Below are positions 23,236 through 34,605 of a DNA stretch of 64,000 bases, piece after piece. The DNA is taken from assembly GCA_965113315.1 (NCBI GenBank), contig OZ220365.1; one strand, 5' to 3'. This DNA comes from Podarcis vaucheri (lineage: Eukaryota). The translations under genes were made by a program, and so were the position numbers. The stretch's first letter is position 1. Each line of letters opens with the position of its first letter. The notes below the pieces were generated by a model. The model saw only the letters and a program-made list of their open reading frames with translations, made no database searches and was not told the origin of the DNA.

Positions 23236-24757
23236 AAAAGTGCCGATACCTGCAAGGCTGATTCATAATCTGCCCACCTTCAACCCCAGTCATCTTCCTC
23301 CACCAAATTTACACTGTGCAGGAAAACCCCCTATTTACAACATTTTCCGGTTCCGCTGCTGTAGGGGCAGTCAACCGGGAAGTTCTCCTTCCAAATCTCT
23401 CCTTTTGCCATGGACTCGGCAGGTGGCCTCAGGCAAGTCACTGACTTTCCGCCTCCACGCCCTCGCCTGCCGTTTTTCTGCAATATGGGGTTTTTAATCT
23501 TGACTTCCCTTACAAAGCTATGGTAAGAATTCACTGCGACAACACGACTGAAGCTCTTTGAGCACCCTCAAACACTTTCTAAACGCACAGTGATTTTACT
23601 GCACTTTGAACAGGGTTGTCCCCTTGACTGCTGACAGGGTTGCAGCGCAGCAGGGAGAAATTTCCATCTGAGCATCTCTTTCCAGCTTCACCGATTAAAT
23701 TTTGCCCCTGTCATGTACACATGAAAGATGCACAGACCCAGAGCCAACACACAGGGCATTATGGGAAATGTAAAAGGCAACTTCAAACCACCCACTTCTG
23801 ACCACAGCGCCATTGCCACCTGCCGCTGCTAACACAGCCAGGTAAGCCAACTGGGATGCGGTCCATTTTGTCAGCGGCCCCCTCAAGACTCCTAAGGCAA
23901 GTATTGGAACCTGCTGGAAAAAGAATTGTTGACAGCACTGGCTTTTAACCATCGCTTTAGTGTAAATAGGATCCAGCAGTAGATACCGGTTTGTTTTCAT
24001 GTGATAAATCAGGTTTATGTAGTTGCTACGTAGGCGCCTCTTTCATTCAGACTGAAGAAACTGTCGTTCTGAGGTAATAAAAGGGGGAGGGCATTGCTTA
24101 ATATGGGAGGCAAAACAAATGTACAAAGAGAAGAATATTTGTTTTACATTTTAATGGGGATTCTTCAAACACAGCTGAGAGCCGAGAGTCCCTGCGGCTT
24201 GCCAAATCTTTTCCCTCAGTTCCCTTCTTCCACAGATGGTCGCTGTACAGAGCGATAAGACTACTATAATTCATGTTTGCACACCTTTATTGTGTACCCT
24301 AAAATGCAAGCGCCGGCTTGCATTGGTATACAGAAAACCATAGGCAACTCGCTGTGAAGGCGCTTTCCCTTTCCCATCAACACGGGTGTAATGTTCAAAA
24401 CATGACTTGAGTGGACTGAGGAGGACCAGGGCTTCAGAGCCAGATATCTCAAGGACTGATATTGTCATCTAAAAGCACAGAGGAAGAGAGAAATGGGCAT
24501 ATTTCAACGTATTATTTATTTTATGGTGTTTTGAATATTTTGTGGTAAACTGCCCAGGTAACATATTAGAAAGGCAAGGAATACTACTACTACTAATAAT
24601 AATAATAATACACACACCCCAGTCTCTGAGCAGCAAAGAGCTCGTTCCAGAAGATCCATAGTTTACTGGGGTTCCATTTCCTTGAAATTGAAGTCAATAG
24701 AGATGTTGGTGATTTTACAATATGTGGCTTTATTTATACACATATACAACCAGAGCA

Positions 24758-25110
24758 TGGGATGTGGGTGGCGCTGTGGTCTGAACCACAGAGCCTAGGA
24801 CTTGCCGATCAGAAGGTCAGCGATTTGAATCCCCACGACAGGGTGAGCTCCCGTTGCTCGGTCCCTGCTCCTGCCCACCTAGCAGTTCGAAAGCACGTCA
24901 AAGTGTAAGTAGATAAATAGGTACCGCTCCGGCGGGAAGATAAACAGCGTTTCTGTGCGCTGCTCTGGTTTCACCAGAAACGGCTTAGTCATGCTGGCCA
25001 CAAGACCCAGAAGCTGTCTGTGGACAAACGCCGGTTCCCTCAGCCAGTAAAGCTGCAACCCCAGAGTCGTCTGCGACTGGACCTAACAGTCAGGGTTACC
25101 TTTACCTTTT
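24758..25110 (+). mobile_element. Sauria SINE with TSD
   Basis: Flanked by the direct repeat cagagcatgggatg; (ACCTTT) tail. Confidence 0.9.
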
Positions 25111-25759
25111 ACAGAGCATGGGATGGAGGGGCTTACAGAATTGACACTCCAGCAGATCATGCCTCCCTATTAGGTTCCCAGGGGCATTCACAATCCATAG
25201 CTTTGGGGTGCAGCACAGAACAAGACAGGTTTCTGTGTCTCCAGCTTCCGGCATCAGTCAAAACTCTCTCCAAATCCCCCTGCCCTCTCTCTCACTCTCA
25301 CACACAATACCCCCTGGGCCTATTGCTCTCCATCCTAGGTTGATGTGGCATTCAGTCAGATGAGTTGGGGGGGGGAGACCATCCATTTGCTCACTATGGC
25401 AACAGAGTTCATTCTTTAATATGCTGATGGGCATATTCAATTCTTTTATAGTTAGCTGGGTGGCTAAGGCCTTAAGAACTCATTTGGCTGGTTCAGCAGG
25501 TTTCCACTTATAGATTCTAACCTCACAGATACGGAATCAAAAGGCTTTTCGATTTTGCCCAGGGCTGCGTGTTCACACTTAGGGTTTTTGGCTTAGATTT
25601 TTACTTAGCGAAAGACCCCTGAAATGCTGGATTTTCTTGTTCTTTCTTCCTATAAGCAATAGACCACTTTTCATGACAGAGAATCAGAAAACCAGAGAAT
25701 CGATCAATCATTCGGCATAAACAACGCCATAAATGCTGTTTATCATACAACATAAACAC

Positions 25760-26308
25760 AGGTGGCGCTGTGGTCTAAACCACTGAGCCTCTTGGCCTCG
25801 CCAATCAGAAGGTCAGCGGTTTGAATCCCTGTGACGGGTTTGGGTCTCCACTCCTCCACATGCAGCTGCTGGGTGACCTTGGGCTAGTCACACTTCTCTG
25901 AAGTCTCTCAGCCTCACTCACCTCACAGAGTGTTTGTTGTGGGGGAGGAAGGGAAAGGAGAATGTTAGCCTCTTTGAGACTCCTTCGGGTAGTGATAAAG
26001 CAGGACATAAAATCCAAATTCTTCTTCTTCTTCTGTCCCAGCTCCTGCCAACCCAGCAATTCGAAAGCACACCAGTGCAGGTAGATAAATAGGTACCACA
26101 GCGGCGGGAAGGTAAACAGTGTTTCTGTGCGCTCTGGTTTCCGTCACGGTGTTCTGTTGTGCCAGAAGTGGTTTAGTCATGCTGGCCACATGACCCAAAA
26201 AGCTGTCTGTGGACAAATGGCAGCTCCCTCAGCCTGAAAGCAAGATGAGCGCCACAACCCCATAGTCGCCTTTGACTGGACTTAACTGTCCAGCAGTCCT
26301 TTACCTTT
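25760..26308 (+). mobile_element. Sauria SINE interrupted by a 5'-truncated Squam3-like SINE (25838-26032)
   Basis: Sauria head, then Squam3 body and (TTC)n tail, then the Sauria body resumes at tgtcccagctcc. Confidence 0.85.
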
Positions 26309-27784
26309 TAAACAAAAGAAGCCATGGCAGAGCTCATAAATTCTCCCCCATGTGTTCTTTCAATGGAATGGGGGAGCTTCACGCTCCTTCTTTGCTCTTT
26401 TCTTATTTTCAACAAATCCTGGTCTTATAGGTATTTAAGAGATTACTTCAAACAAAACCGCATGCTCAACAAAACTGAAAGGGAAAAAAGCTCTTCAGAG
26501 ACGGAGCCAGACGCTGGACACACCTCTCCAGAAAACCACCCTTCATGTTTTGAGAACCTGCCCTTTGACAGGTGTACGAGTGTAAAAGACACCGGAATAT
26601 GAATTTTCTCACACAAGCAGTTTTGCTGCATATTTCTGATTGTCTGCAAGACATGGAGCCAAACCGCACCGGATTTATTAGGCTCTTTGGTTCCATCTTA
26701 GAAAAAAGAAGCCCGGACAAGGATTGCTCTCTGCTCACCTCCAAATACCGCCATCCTTTTGTCCCATAGGTTCCTTAGGAATTTATTGCACAAATGCATG
26801 TACATGCTGTCATTTGAAGAGTGAGGCTTTCCTTTCCAGGGTCATTAAAAGTTCAGTAATAATTCATACCTATTAGGGGTGGAACGGGCGTCTCTCAGAC
26901 CCTTTCCAGCATGCCAACAGACTGGCAAATAACTGACCCTCCAAGAGTCCCTATTTTCTGAGGACACTCCCAGATTTACAGAAGCTGCCCCAGTTTCTGA
27001 TTTGATCCCAGAATGTCCCGCTTTTCCTTAGGACGTCCATATTTTCCTCTGAGAAAAGTTGTAGGGTATGGAGTTACCCGACCCCTGAGCCAAGGAGATA
27101 AGCAACTATACAACCTTTAGAAGACATCTGAAGGCAGCTCTGTATAGGGAAGTTTTTTAATGTTTAATGCTTTATTATGTTGGAAGCCTCCCAGTGGCTG
27201 GAGCAATCCAGTCATCACCATCATCACTGAATAGCGCTATTTTCATCAGTGAACTGTTAAAAGGGTATGAAATTATAGCTTGCTGTAGGCCACCCAACAG
27301 AATTCTCCCAAATGCCTGGCATTTGGGGAATCTGGCAGGAAATGCTGCCAAACCCAAGATAATTAATCATGTTGGACTGTACAAAGGAGGCAGCCCAGAT
27401 TAGTTGGCTGCTGTGATGAAATACAGGGTTGTTGGAGCTTTTTTAGCCAAATGGCACATGCCATTCATGGGCAGAAGCAATAGAAACAATGGTGGGCAAA
27501 AAGCAGAGCAGAGGAATGAATGTCAGTTTTTGCCTTTGTACAGCAGGCTAGTTCCTACACACATTCACACACCCCTCTAGGCAAGCAAGAGGCTTTATCA
27601 GAGTTCAGGGATATATTCCAAACAGAAACACTTGAGGTGTGAAGCAGGGACAGTGAAGAGTGTGGGCTGACATTGTGTTGTTGGCAGTTTTATTTTTGAT
27701 CTCTTTCTCAATTTATTTATTCGTTCATTAAAATAAAATGTTCATTACAATAAATCCCAGAGCAGGGAACAACATCAAAGTATA

Positions 27785-28166
27785 TGTCCCATTAAACTTT
27801 AATTAGTTTAATGCTTATCAAATGTCCAGTGCGCTTCCGATGCCACAATGTCCCATTACAGCAGAGCATTTCGCACAGCGGCTCAAGAAGGGCTGGAGAG
27901 TCAGCATCTTTTCAATAAAGGAATCTTGGAGCAAGCGGTTTGGAACTCAAATAAAAGGTTTATTTACACAAAACAAAAACCCTGGTGAAGAATCACACAT
28001 TTCAGCAAACACGCCCCAAAAGAAAAAGGAAGGGGGAAGGGAAGGGGCAGGCACACGAGTGAGTTGACTATTTATACAAACTCACATTCCTGGAAGCCTA
28101 ACGACCTCCAGCTGCTCAGTGATTAGAGCGTCTTGATTAGAGCTTCTTAACCCTTTAATACCAACA
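27785..28166 (-). repeat. Copia 3' LTR
   Basis: Direct repeat of 32612-32993; PPT GAGCGAGAGGGGG at 28167-28179 on the minus strand. Confidence 0.95.
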
Positions 28167-28201
28167 CCCCCTCTCGCTCGTAACACTGAGCTGTACCAAC
28201 C

Positions 28202-31200
28202 TTAATTCAAATTTAAACCTGAACAGAAACATTTATGAGATTGCGGACTCAAAGCTTTTGTAAAACCGTCTGCGAGATTTTCTTGGCTTGGACAATACTT
28301 TAGTTCAATTAAACCTTGTTTTACACTTTGGCATACATTTTGATAACGGATATCCAAATGTTTTGTGTGTGCCTTGAATTGACCTGATTTAGCTAGTTTA
28401 ATACAAGGTTGATTGTCTTCCCACACTCTGATAGGTAGGGAACATTCTCCAAACAATTCTTGTACCAGTTGCTTATAAAATTCCAGTTCTCTACATACAT
28501 CTGATAATGCATTGAACTCAGATTCAGTTGAACTTAAAGCTATAAGTGATTGTTTTCTTGATCTCCAACCAATTAGTGCATTTCCAAATTTTATCGCCAT
28601 TCCTGACACTGATTTTCTATCTGGTCCAGCATCAGCCCAACTGCTGTCAGCCCAACATTCAAGTTGTGTGCTGCCCTCTGCTGATAGTTTTAAGCGAAAC
28701 CTTTTGGTAGTTTGGAGATACCTTAAAACTCTTTTTACTCCTTGCCAAGCATGCATTGATGGTTTTTCAGCTTGTCTACACAGCATGTTGACAGCATATG
28801 TTATATCGGGCCGAGTCCACTGTGCAATGTGGAGTAGACTGCCTATCGCTGACTGATAAACCCCGGGATTACAGAACTCTGCCTGTTGCTCAGTTTGAGC
28901 ATCCTTTGTGTAACTTAACTCCATTGGGGTTTTAACACCAGCAGAGTTGTCCATTTTAAACCTTTCCAGCAACTGCTGGATCTTAGCTTCTTGGCTGAGC
29001 CAATAGTTCCCATCTTCATCTTGCTGTATTTTAACTCCTAGATAAACAGATACATTGCCTAGTGATTTTATCTGAAACCTTTCTCCAAGATTTGTGGCAA
29101 ATTGTTGTGCAAGTTTATCGTCCTTTCCACTGTATAATAAATTGTCAACAAATATCAAGACTGCTTCTTGTTCACATCCCAAGCCTTTTAGATAAAGACA
29201 CGCATCTGCTGCGCTCTTTCTGAACCCCATGCTCTCTAGAGCATCGTTTAAGCAGGAATTCCAATTACGGGCAGACTGTTTCAACCCATAAATGGATTTG
29301 TGTAGGCGCCAGACCTGGTTTGGCTTGTCTCCTTCAAAACCTGGTGGTGGCGTCATATAGACTTCCTCCTGTAAGTCTGCATTTAAATAAGCCACATTGA
29401 CATCAAAATGAAACAGCTTATTTCCCTTCTTAGCTGAAGAGGCTAAAAGCATTCTTAATGACTCCGATCTTGAAGTAGGGGCATAAATTTGAGAATAGTG
29501 AACTCCTTTGCGCTGCGAAAACCCTTTTGCAACTAGTCGAGCTTTATATTGCAACTCCTCAGTAGTTGTGGGCTTTAAACGATATACCCATCGACAACCT
29601 ACAGCTTGTTGCCCTTTTGGAAGCTCTGTACTTGTAAACACACCGAGAGACTTCATTGAAGCCATCTCTTTTTCCATTGCTTCCTGCCACTTTGCGGCTT
29701 CTGAGCTTGGAAGCTGTTGTACCTCTACATAGCTATCTGGCTCACACTGTGCCATATTTACGTATACACTTGTCACCTTAAACCGCTCTGGCGGCTTGCC
29801 CTTTGTGGCACGTTTTGACCTGCGCAATTGCTCCTCTTGTGCCCCCTCTGACCGTTGGCTGTCAGAATCTGTCTCAGGCTTTATGTCTGGACGTGCCTCT
29901 AGGGATAAAGACCTCCGTTTAGATACCTCCCTTGGGCTTGGTGTTGCAGGCGACCTGCTTCGCTTTTGCTGTCTGCTAGGCCTAACGACTGGCGATGTTG
30001 GAACACTCTTAGATTCTGGCTTTTCTTCCTTAGGAGAAGAACCTTGTGCCTGGTCAGAATCTGCATCTGAACCATGTGCACCATCCCCTTCTGGCTCATC
30101 ACCCTCTGTACTTTCTTTCTCAGCATAAATGCCTAAATCATCTCTCAAAATGTCAGGGTTAGCATGTAAGTGAGTCCATCCAGATTGCTCACAAAATTCA
30201 GCGCTCCTACTGAGGACCACTCTTGTAGTATCCCCATCTGGGTTCACGAACCTCCAAGATTTGGCGTGTGGTTCGTACCCACAAAAGATGAGTTTCCTAG
30301 CCCTTGGACTTCCCTTTTTCCTTAACGCTTTTGGGATAAGTACATAGGCTTGAGATCCAAACACCCGAAAGTAATTAACTTTGGGCTTTTTCCCATATAA
30401 AGCAAAATATGGCGTAGTATCAATTACCGAATTATATACTCGATTCAGAACATGAGTAGCCGTCTGCCAGGCTTCCGCCCAGTAACTTTGAGGAAGTTTA
30501 GCATCAAACAACATAGAGTTTGCCAACTCTTGCAGAACCCTGTTTTTACGTTCGGCCACGCCTCCTTCTTGGGGGGAATAAGGTGTAGACAGACGATGCT
30601 TAATTCCCCTTTTCTTAAAGAAATTCTGCAACACAGACCCGGTAAATTCTGACCCTCTGTCTGTTTGAAAAGCAAGTACTCTAGTACCGAATTCAAGTTC
30701 TACTGCATGAACCCAATTTTTAACTGTTTCTGCAGTATCTGCTTTTGTTTTGAGAGGAAAAAACCATGTAACCTTTGTTTTGTCATCTGAAAGACACAGT
30801 GCATACCTCGAACCTCCCATGCTAGCAACAGGCATTGGGCCACATAGGTCCATATGCACAAGTTGGAATACCTTGTCAGATTTCCTATTTGAACTGGGAT
30901 AGCTGCATCTATGAACCTTCGCCCTTTTGCATGCAGTACAATCCAAATACTTAGTACATTTGTTCAATTTGCACCCTTCTGATAATTCAGGTTGTCTTTT
31001 AACATACTGAAAATTAATATGTCCCAAACGGCGATGCCATAAATGAACACAAGAATTATGGGTAGGCAAGTTCACACAACCAGCATGAACCTGTTCAACT
31101 TCATCTGGACTTGTCTCAAAATAATATAACCCATTTCTGCATTCCACCTGCAAAAGAGATACATTATTCTTTGAAATAGTGCAAACCCCATTTTCAAACA

Positions 31201-32347
31201 CAGTTTTAAACCCATTTCTATCAAGTTCTGACACAGACAAAATACACCCCTTCATTCCCTTTAGCACGTAGGCATCAATTTCTGTTTGCAAACACTTCAA
31301 AAACACTGTGCCTACGGTCTCTAAGGAACGTTTAGTTGAATCTGCCATTGTCACAACTTTAAGGGTTTGCAAATGTCTGCAATTCTGCAAACGGACACTA
31401 GATGGCGCCACCAGGTGGTGAGATGCACCACTGTCGATCAACCAGCGTAGATTGCTGCCTTGGCCACGCCCTTGCATCAACGCCATTGCTGAAGCCATGT
31501 GCTGTGTGCTGTGGGAGTAGCCACGACCTCCTCCTCTTCTTCGACGTCCCCTGGAACTCCTTGTCTGGTAACTAGGGGTAACAGCCTTGGTGCTGTCTTG
31601 ACCAGGTTCACGTGTACAATTCCTGATTAAATGGGAAGAGGAACCACAGCGAAAACAGTGTCTAGCTGCAAAAGCATTTACTGTGTTCTCAAACTCAGCA
31701 TCCCAACTCTTAGGCACAGCATAACTCCCCTTTGCAGACAAACCTCTTTCTCTTTGCCTTTTATCCTGTTCATCAGCAAGTCGAGAAGAAATGTATTCAA
31801 GGGTTAATTCAGATGAAGGCATAGCTTCCAAAGTTAAAGCTAGAGTCTCATAGCTTTTATCAAGAGAAGACAACAAAATGTATGACTGCTGCTCCATAGA
31901 GAAAGGAATGCCCAGCTGTCTTAGTTGATTAAAGGCAGACACCATTTTGGCAATATGTTCTTTCACACACGCTCCCGGTTGGAGACGTAAATCAAACAAA
32001 CATCTTGTAGCATGGATCTTGGCCCCCGCAGTGTTTCTGGAATTTAACCGCTGTAGAACCGTCCAGACCTCATGCGTGTTCTTTAACTCAGAAACATAAG
32101 GCATTTGCTCTGGTCCCACTGCCAAAACTAGTAGACCTCGGGCTTTCCTGTCGCGTTTCTGAGAAGCTGCCGCTGCTGCTTTGTCTTCTGCAGACGCGTC
32201 TGCAGCTGCCTGTAAATGCGGTGCTTCAGTACAACTCCACAACTCTTTTGCTTGCAACCAAACCCTTACTCTAGCCTTCCAATCTTGCCAATTTTTCCCA
32301 TTGAGTCGCGTAAAGGGGACAGTAAAACTTTCCTGGGACTCTGCCAT
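28202..32347 (-). CDS. Copia gag-pol polyprotein, 1381 aa (Gag, CCHC knuckle, PR, IN, RT, RNase H)
   Basis: LNGKNWQDWK, CFRCGSSSHLIRNC, WLIDSGASHH, LWHRRLGH, HMDLCGP, TDRGSEF, AERKNR, YKARLVAKG, FVDN, WADSSWA, NLADGFTK; IN precedes RT, the copia order. Confidence 0.97.
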   Translation of the reverse strand: MAESQESFTVPFTRLNGKNWQDWKARVRVWLQAKELWSCTEAPHLQAAADASAEDKAAAAASQKRDRKARGLLVLAVGPEQMPYVSELKNTHEVWTVLQRLNSRNTAGAKIHATRCLFDLRLQPGACVKEHIAKMVSAFNQLRQLGIPFSMEQQSYILLSSLDKSYETLALTLEAMPSSELTLEYISSRLADEQDKRQRERGLSAKGSYAVPKSWDAEFENTVNAFAARHCFRCGSSSHLIRNCTREPGQDSTKAVTPSYQTRSSRGRRRRGGGRGYSHSTQHMASAMALMQGRGQGSNLRWLIDSGASHHLVAPSSVRLQNCRHLQTLKVVTMADSTKRSLETVGTVFLKCLQTEIDAYVLKGMKGCILSVSELDRNGFKTVFENGVCTISKNNVSLLQVECRNGLYYFETSPDEVEQVHAGCVNLPTHNSCVHLWHRRLGHINFQYVKRQPELSEGCKLNKCTKYLDCTACKRAKVHRCSYPSSNRKSDKVFQLVHMDLCGPMPVASMGGSRYALCLSDDKTKVTWFFPLKTKADTAETVKNWVHAVELEFGTRVLAFQTDRGSEFTGSVLQNFFKKRGIKHRLSTPYSPQEGGVAERKNRVLQELANSMLFDAKLPQSYWAEAWQTATHVLNRVYNSVIDTTPYFALYGKKPKVNYFRVFGSQAYVLIPKALRKKGSPRARKLIFCGYEPHAKSWRFVNPDGDTTRVVLSRSAEFCEQSGWTHLHANPDILRDDLGIYAEKESTEGDEPEGDGAHGSDADSDQAQGSSPKEEKPESKSVPTSPVVRPSRQQKRSRSPATPSPREVSKRRSLSLEARPDIKPETDSDSQRSEGAQEEQLRRSKRATKGKPPERFKVTSVYVNMAQCEPDSYVEVQQLPSSEAAKWQEAMEKEMASMKSLGVFTSTELPKGQQAVGCRWVYRLKPTTTEELQYKARLVAKGFSQRKGVHYSQIYAPTSRSESLRMLLASSAKKGNKLFHFDVNVAYLNADLQEEVYMTPPPGFEGDKPNQVWRLHKSIYGLKQSARNWNSCLNDALESMGFRKSAADACLYLKGLGCEQEAVLIFVDNLLYSGKDDKLAQQFATNLGERFQIKSLGNVSVYLGVKIQQDEDGNYWLSQEAKIQQLLERFKMDNSAGVKTPMELSYTKDAQTEQQAEFCNPGVYQSAIGSLLHIAQWTRPDITYAVNMLCRQAEKPSMHAWQGVKRVLRYLQTTKRFRLKLSAEGSTQLECWADSSWADAGPDRKSVSGMAIKFGNALIGWRSRKQSLIALSSTESEFNALSDVCRELEFYKQLVQELFGECSLPIRVWEDNQPCIKLAKSGQFKAHTKHLDIRYQNVCQSVKQGLIELKYCPSQENLADGFTKALSPQSHKCFCSGLNLN

Positions 32348-32611
32348 CCTCCCTGGGGCTTAGGAACGATACTCACAGACCTGTAGACCGTCTCCCAGCT
32401 GCTGAGGTGGCTCCACGAGGAATAAGACGTCTTCCAGCGAGTACAAACTGCGCAGTGCCTCTTTAAAACTTTTCCTAGGCACGTTGCAGGACTCAAGCTG
32501 CTTTGAAGGCTTTCGTTGTCGGCAACCGCTTCTGTCTTCACTCCAGTCCTTTCATAAATCACTCTTAACTGCACTCCTTATCTCCTTCTTGACGTACAAA
32601 CAGCCATAACC

Positions 32612-32993
32612 TGTCCCGTTAAACTTTAATTAGTTTAATGCTTATCAAATGTCCAGTGCGCTTCCGATGCCACAATGTCCCATTACAGCAGAGCATTTCG
32701 CACAGCGGCTCAAGAAGGGCTGGAGAGTCAGCATCTTTTCAATAAAGGAATCTTGGAGCAAGCGGTTTGGAACTCAAATAAAAGGTTTATTTACACAAAA
32801 CAAAAACCCTGGTGAAGAATCACACATTTCAGCAAACACGCCCCAAAAGAAAAAGGAAGGGGGAAGGGAAGGGGCAGGCACACGAGTGAGTTGACTATTT
32901 ATACAAACTCACATTCCTGGAAGCCTAACGACCTCCAGCTGCTCAGTGATTAGAGCGTCTTGATTAGAGCTTCTTAACCCTTTAATACCAACA
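32612..32993 (-). repeat. Copia 5' LTR
   Basis: Followed directly on the minus strand by the GGTTATGG PBS (32604-32611). Confidence 0.95.
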
Positions 32994-33037
32994 GTATACA
33001 GTACATCACCAGCACTGTACAATATTGTAAAACGTTG

Positions 33038-33187
33038 TCAGCCTGGATAGCTCAATTGGTTAGAGTGTGGTGCTGATAACGCCAAGGTTGCAGGTTCGAT
33101 CCCTGTATGGGACAGGAGCATATATTCCTGTATTGCAGGGGGTTGGACTATATGATCGTTAGGGTACCTTCCAACTCTATGATTCTA
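33038..33187 (+). mobile_element. tRNA-Ile-derived SINE with CR1 tail
   Basis: Head GGATAGCTCAATTGGTTAGAGTGTGGTGCTGATAACGCCAAGGTTGCAGGTTCGATCCC plus a CR1 3' end. Confidence 0.8.
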
Positions 33188-34213
33188 GTAAGGGCACTAG
33201 ATCAAATCACAAAGCAACCCAACAAGAGTGAAAAACACATCACTTGCCTGGGTAAAGATGTCAAAAAGATTCATAAAAGCCACCAGCCAGGATCAGTGCC
33301 AAGTGGATTCCATAATCGGGGTACTGCTCTTGAGAACATCATCTCATACATTAACGGTCCCTGGAGTAGAATTCATCTTTTTCACAGCCACCGCATACTG
33401 GGTCAATGGTTTCGCTGAGCTATGCGCCATGACCCCAAATCTCTTTCCTGGTTAGTCGCCCAGCAATCAGACCCAACAGTCTATAGAAGAGCACTGGATG
33501 GTTTCACAGAAGATAAGGCTACCAATGGCTGCTAATCACAACAGCCATGTTCTGCCTCCGCTGTCAGAGGCATTTTGCCTCTGGATTCCACTTGCTGAGA
33601 ATCACACGTCCTGTTGCACTTTTGGGCTCCCCAGAGGCATCTAGCTGGCCACTGTGAGAACAGCATGCTGGACTTGACGCGCCTTTCTTATGTCATTTTA
33701 CGTTCATCAGCATATATTTGAAGTCACGCTTTTCTGGCCCCAAGGTGCCTCACTTTCCTCTTACTTATATCGAACCGGCTTTTGCCATTTTGTTGCCCAT
33801 GCACCCAGTTTGGAGACGTCCTTTTGGAGCTCTTTGCAATCTGCTTTTGTTTCTCCCAGGGCTCATCTGCATGTCTGTCAGTACCCAAGTTTTATAGTCA
33901 AGGGTATGAGAGGTTCTTTTTTCATCCCTAGGAAAACCCGCTGTTTACTGCTGAATCGGAAGAAACACCAATATGCAGAAAACCCGACTGATGTTTGTTC
34001 CAACTCAGCAGTAAACCGTGGGGTTTCCCAGGGGAATCGGACAGACATCTCAGACCCATGACTCAAAATCTTAGGACAAACGGAAGTGGATGAGCCCTCA
34101 CATCAAATAATTTTGTGTCACCCATGAAGTTGGCCGCCTCACACTGCTCATGCAGGAGGTGGGGAAACATTTTTTTTAGAAAAAGAGAACAGCAGACAAT
34201 TTACTTGAAGCTT

Positions 34214-34219
34214 TTTATT
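34214..34219 (-). terminator. Probable MAL polyadenylation signal
   Basis: AATAAA on the minus strand ~310 nt downstream of the stop codon. Confidence 0.55.
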
Positions 34220-34530
34220 GTACAAACCTTACCTCCATTTACATAAAAGACATTTTTAATACAAATATATTTAAGAGATATTCCCAGTTTCCTCGGTTCC
34301 TCAAGCTATCTGACCAAAATTCAGGGAGGGAGTGGGGTGGGAGTTAAGCTAAAAAGAGATGCACAAGGATTTGTTGTTGCTTTTTTGTCGGCACACAATA
34401 AAAGTACACTGTTGTGTATACAAATTTTCCAAAGAAAGACAATCCTTTAGATACACATAGAGAGTAACTGACCAAATACACCTGCAAAAATCAAATTTAA
34501 AAAGACATTCAGAGATTTATTTTTTTTTTT

Positions 34531-34605
34531 TTAAGAGGACTTCCATCTCAGCAGCGAGAACACCATGTGGATCACATATGTCAATGTGACTGCATAGGCA
34601 AAAAC
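34531..34605 (-). CDS. MAL: MAL exon 4 (last coding exon)
   Basis: TAG acceptor; encodes VFAYAVTLTYVIHMVFSLLRWKSS*, with the MAL-typical RWKSS terminus; spliced product is 152 aa; convergent to MRPS5. Confidence 0.95.
   Translation of the reverse strand, partial: VFAYAVTLTYVIHMVFSLLRWKSS

Larger units (their letters stand above)
27785..32993 (-). mobile_element. Full-length Ty1/copia LTR retrotransposon
   Basis: 382-bp TG...CA LTRs, GTATA 5-bp TSD (27780-27784 and 32994-32998), PBS, PPT and a single gag-pol ORF. Confidence 0.97.

Noticed and set aside
33038-33115. Functional tRNA-Ile(GAT) gene
   Set aside because: The stems are mismatched and it runs into a CR1 tail with no oligo-T terminator, so it is a SINE head
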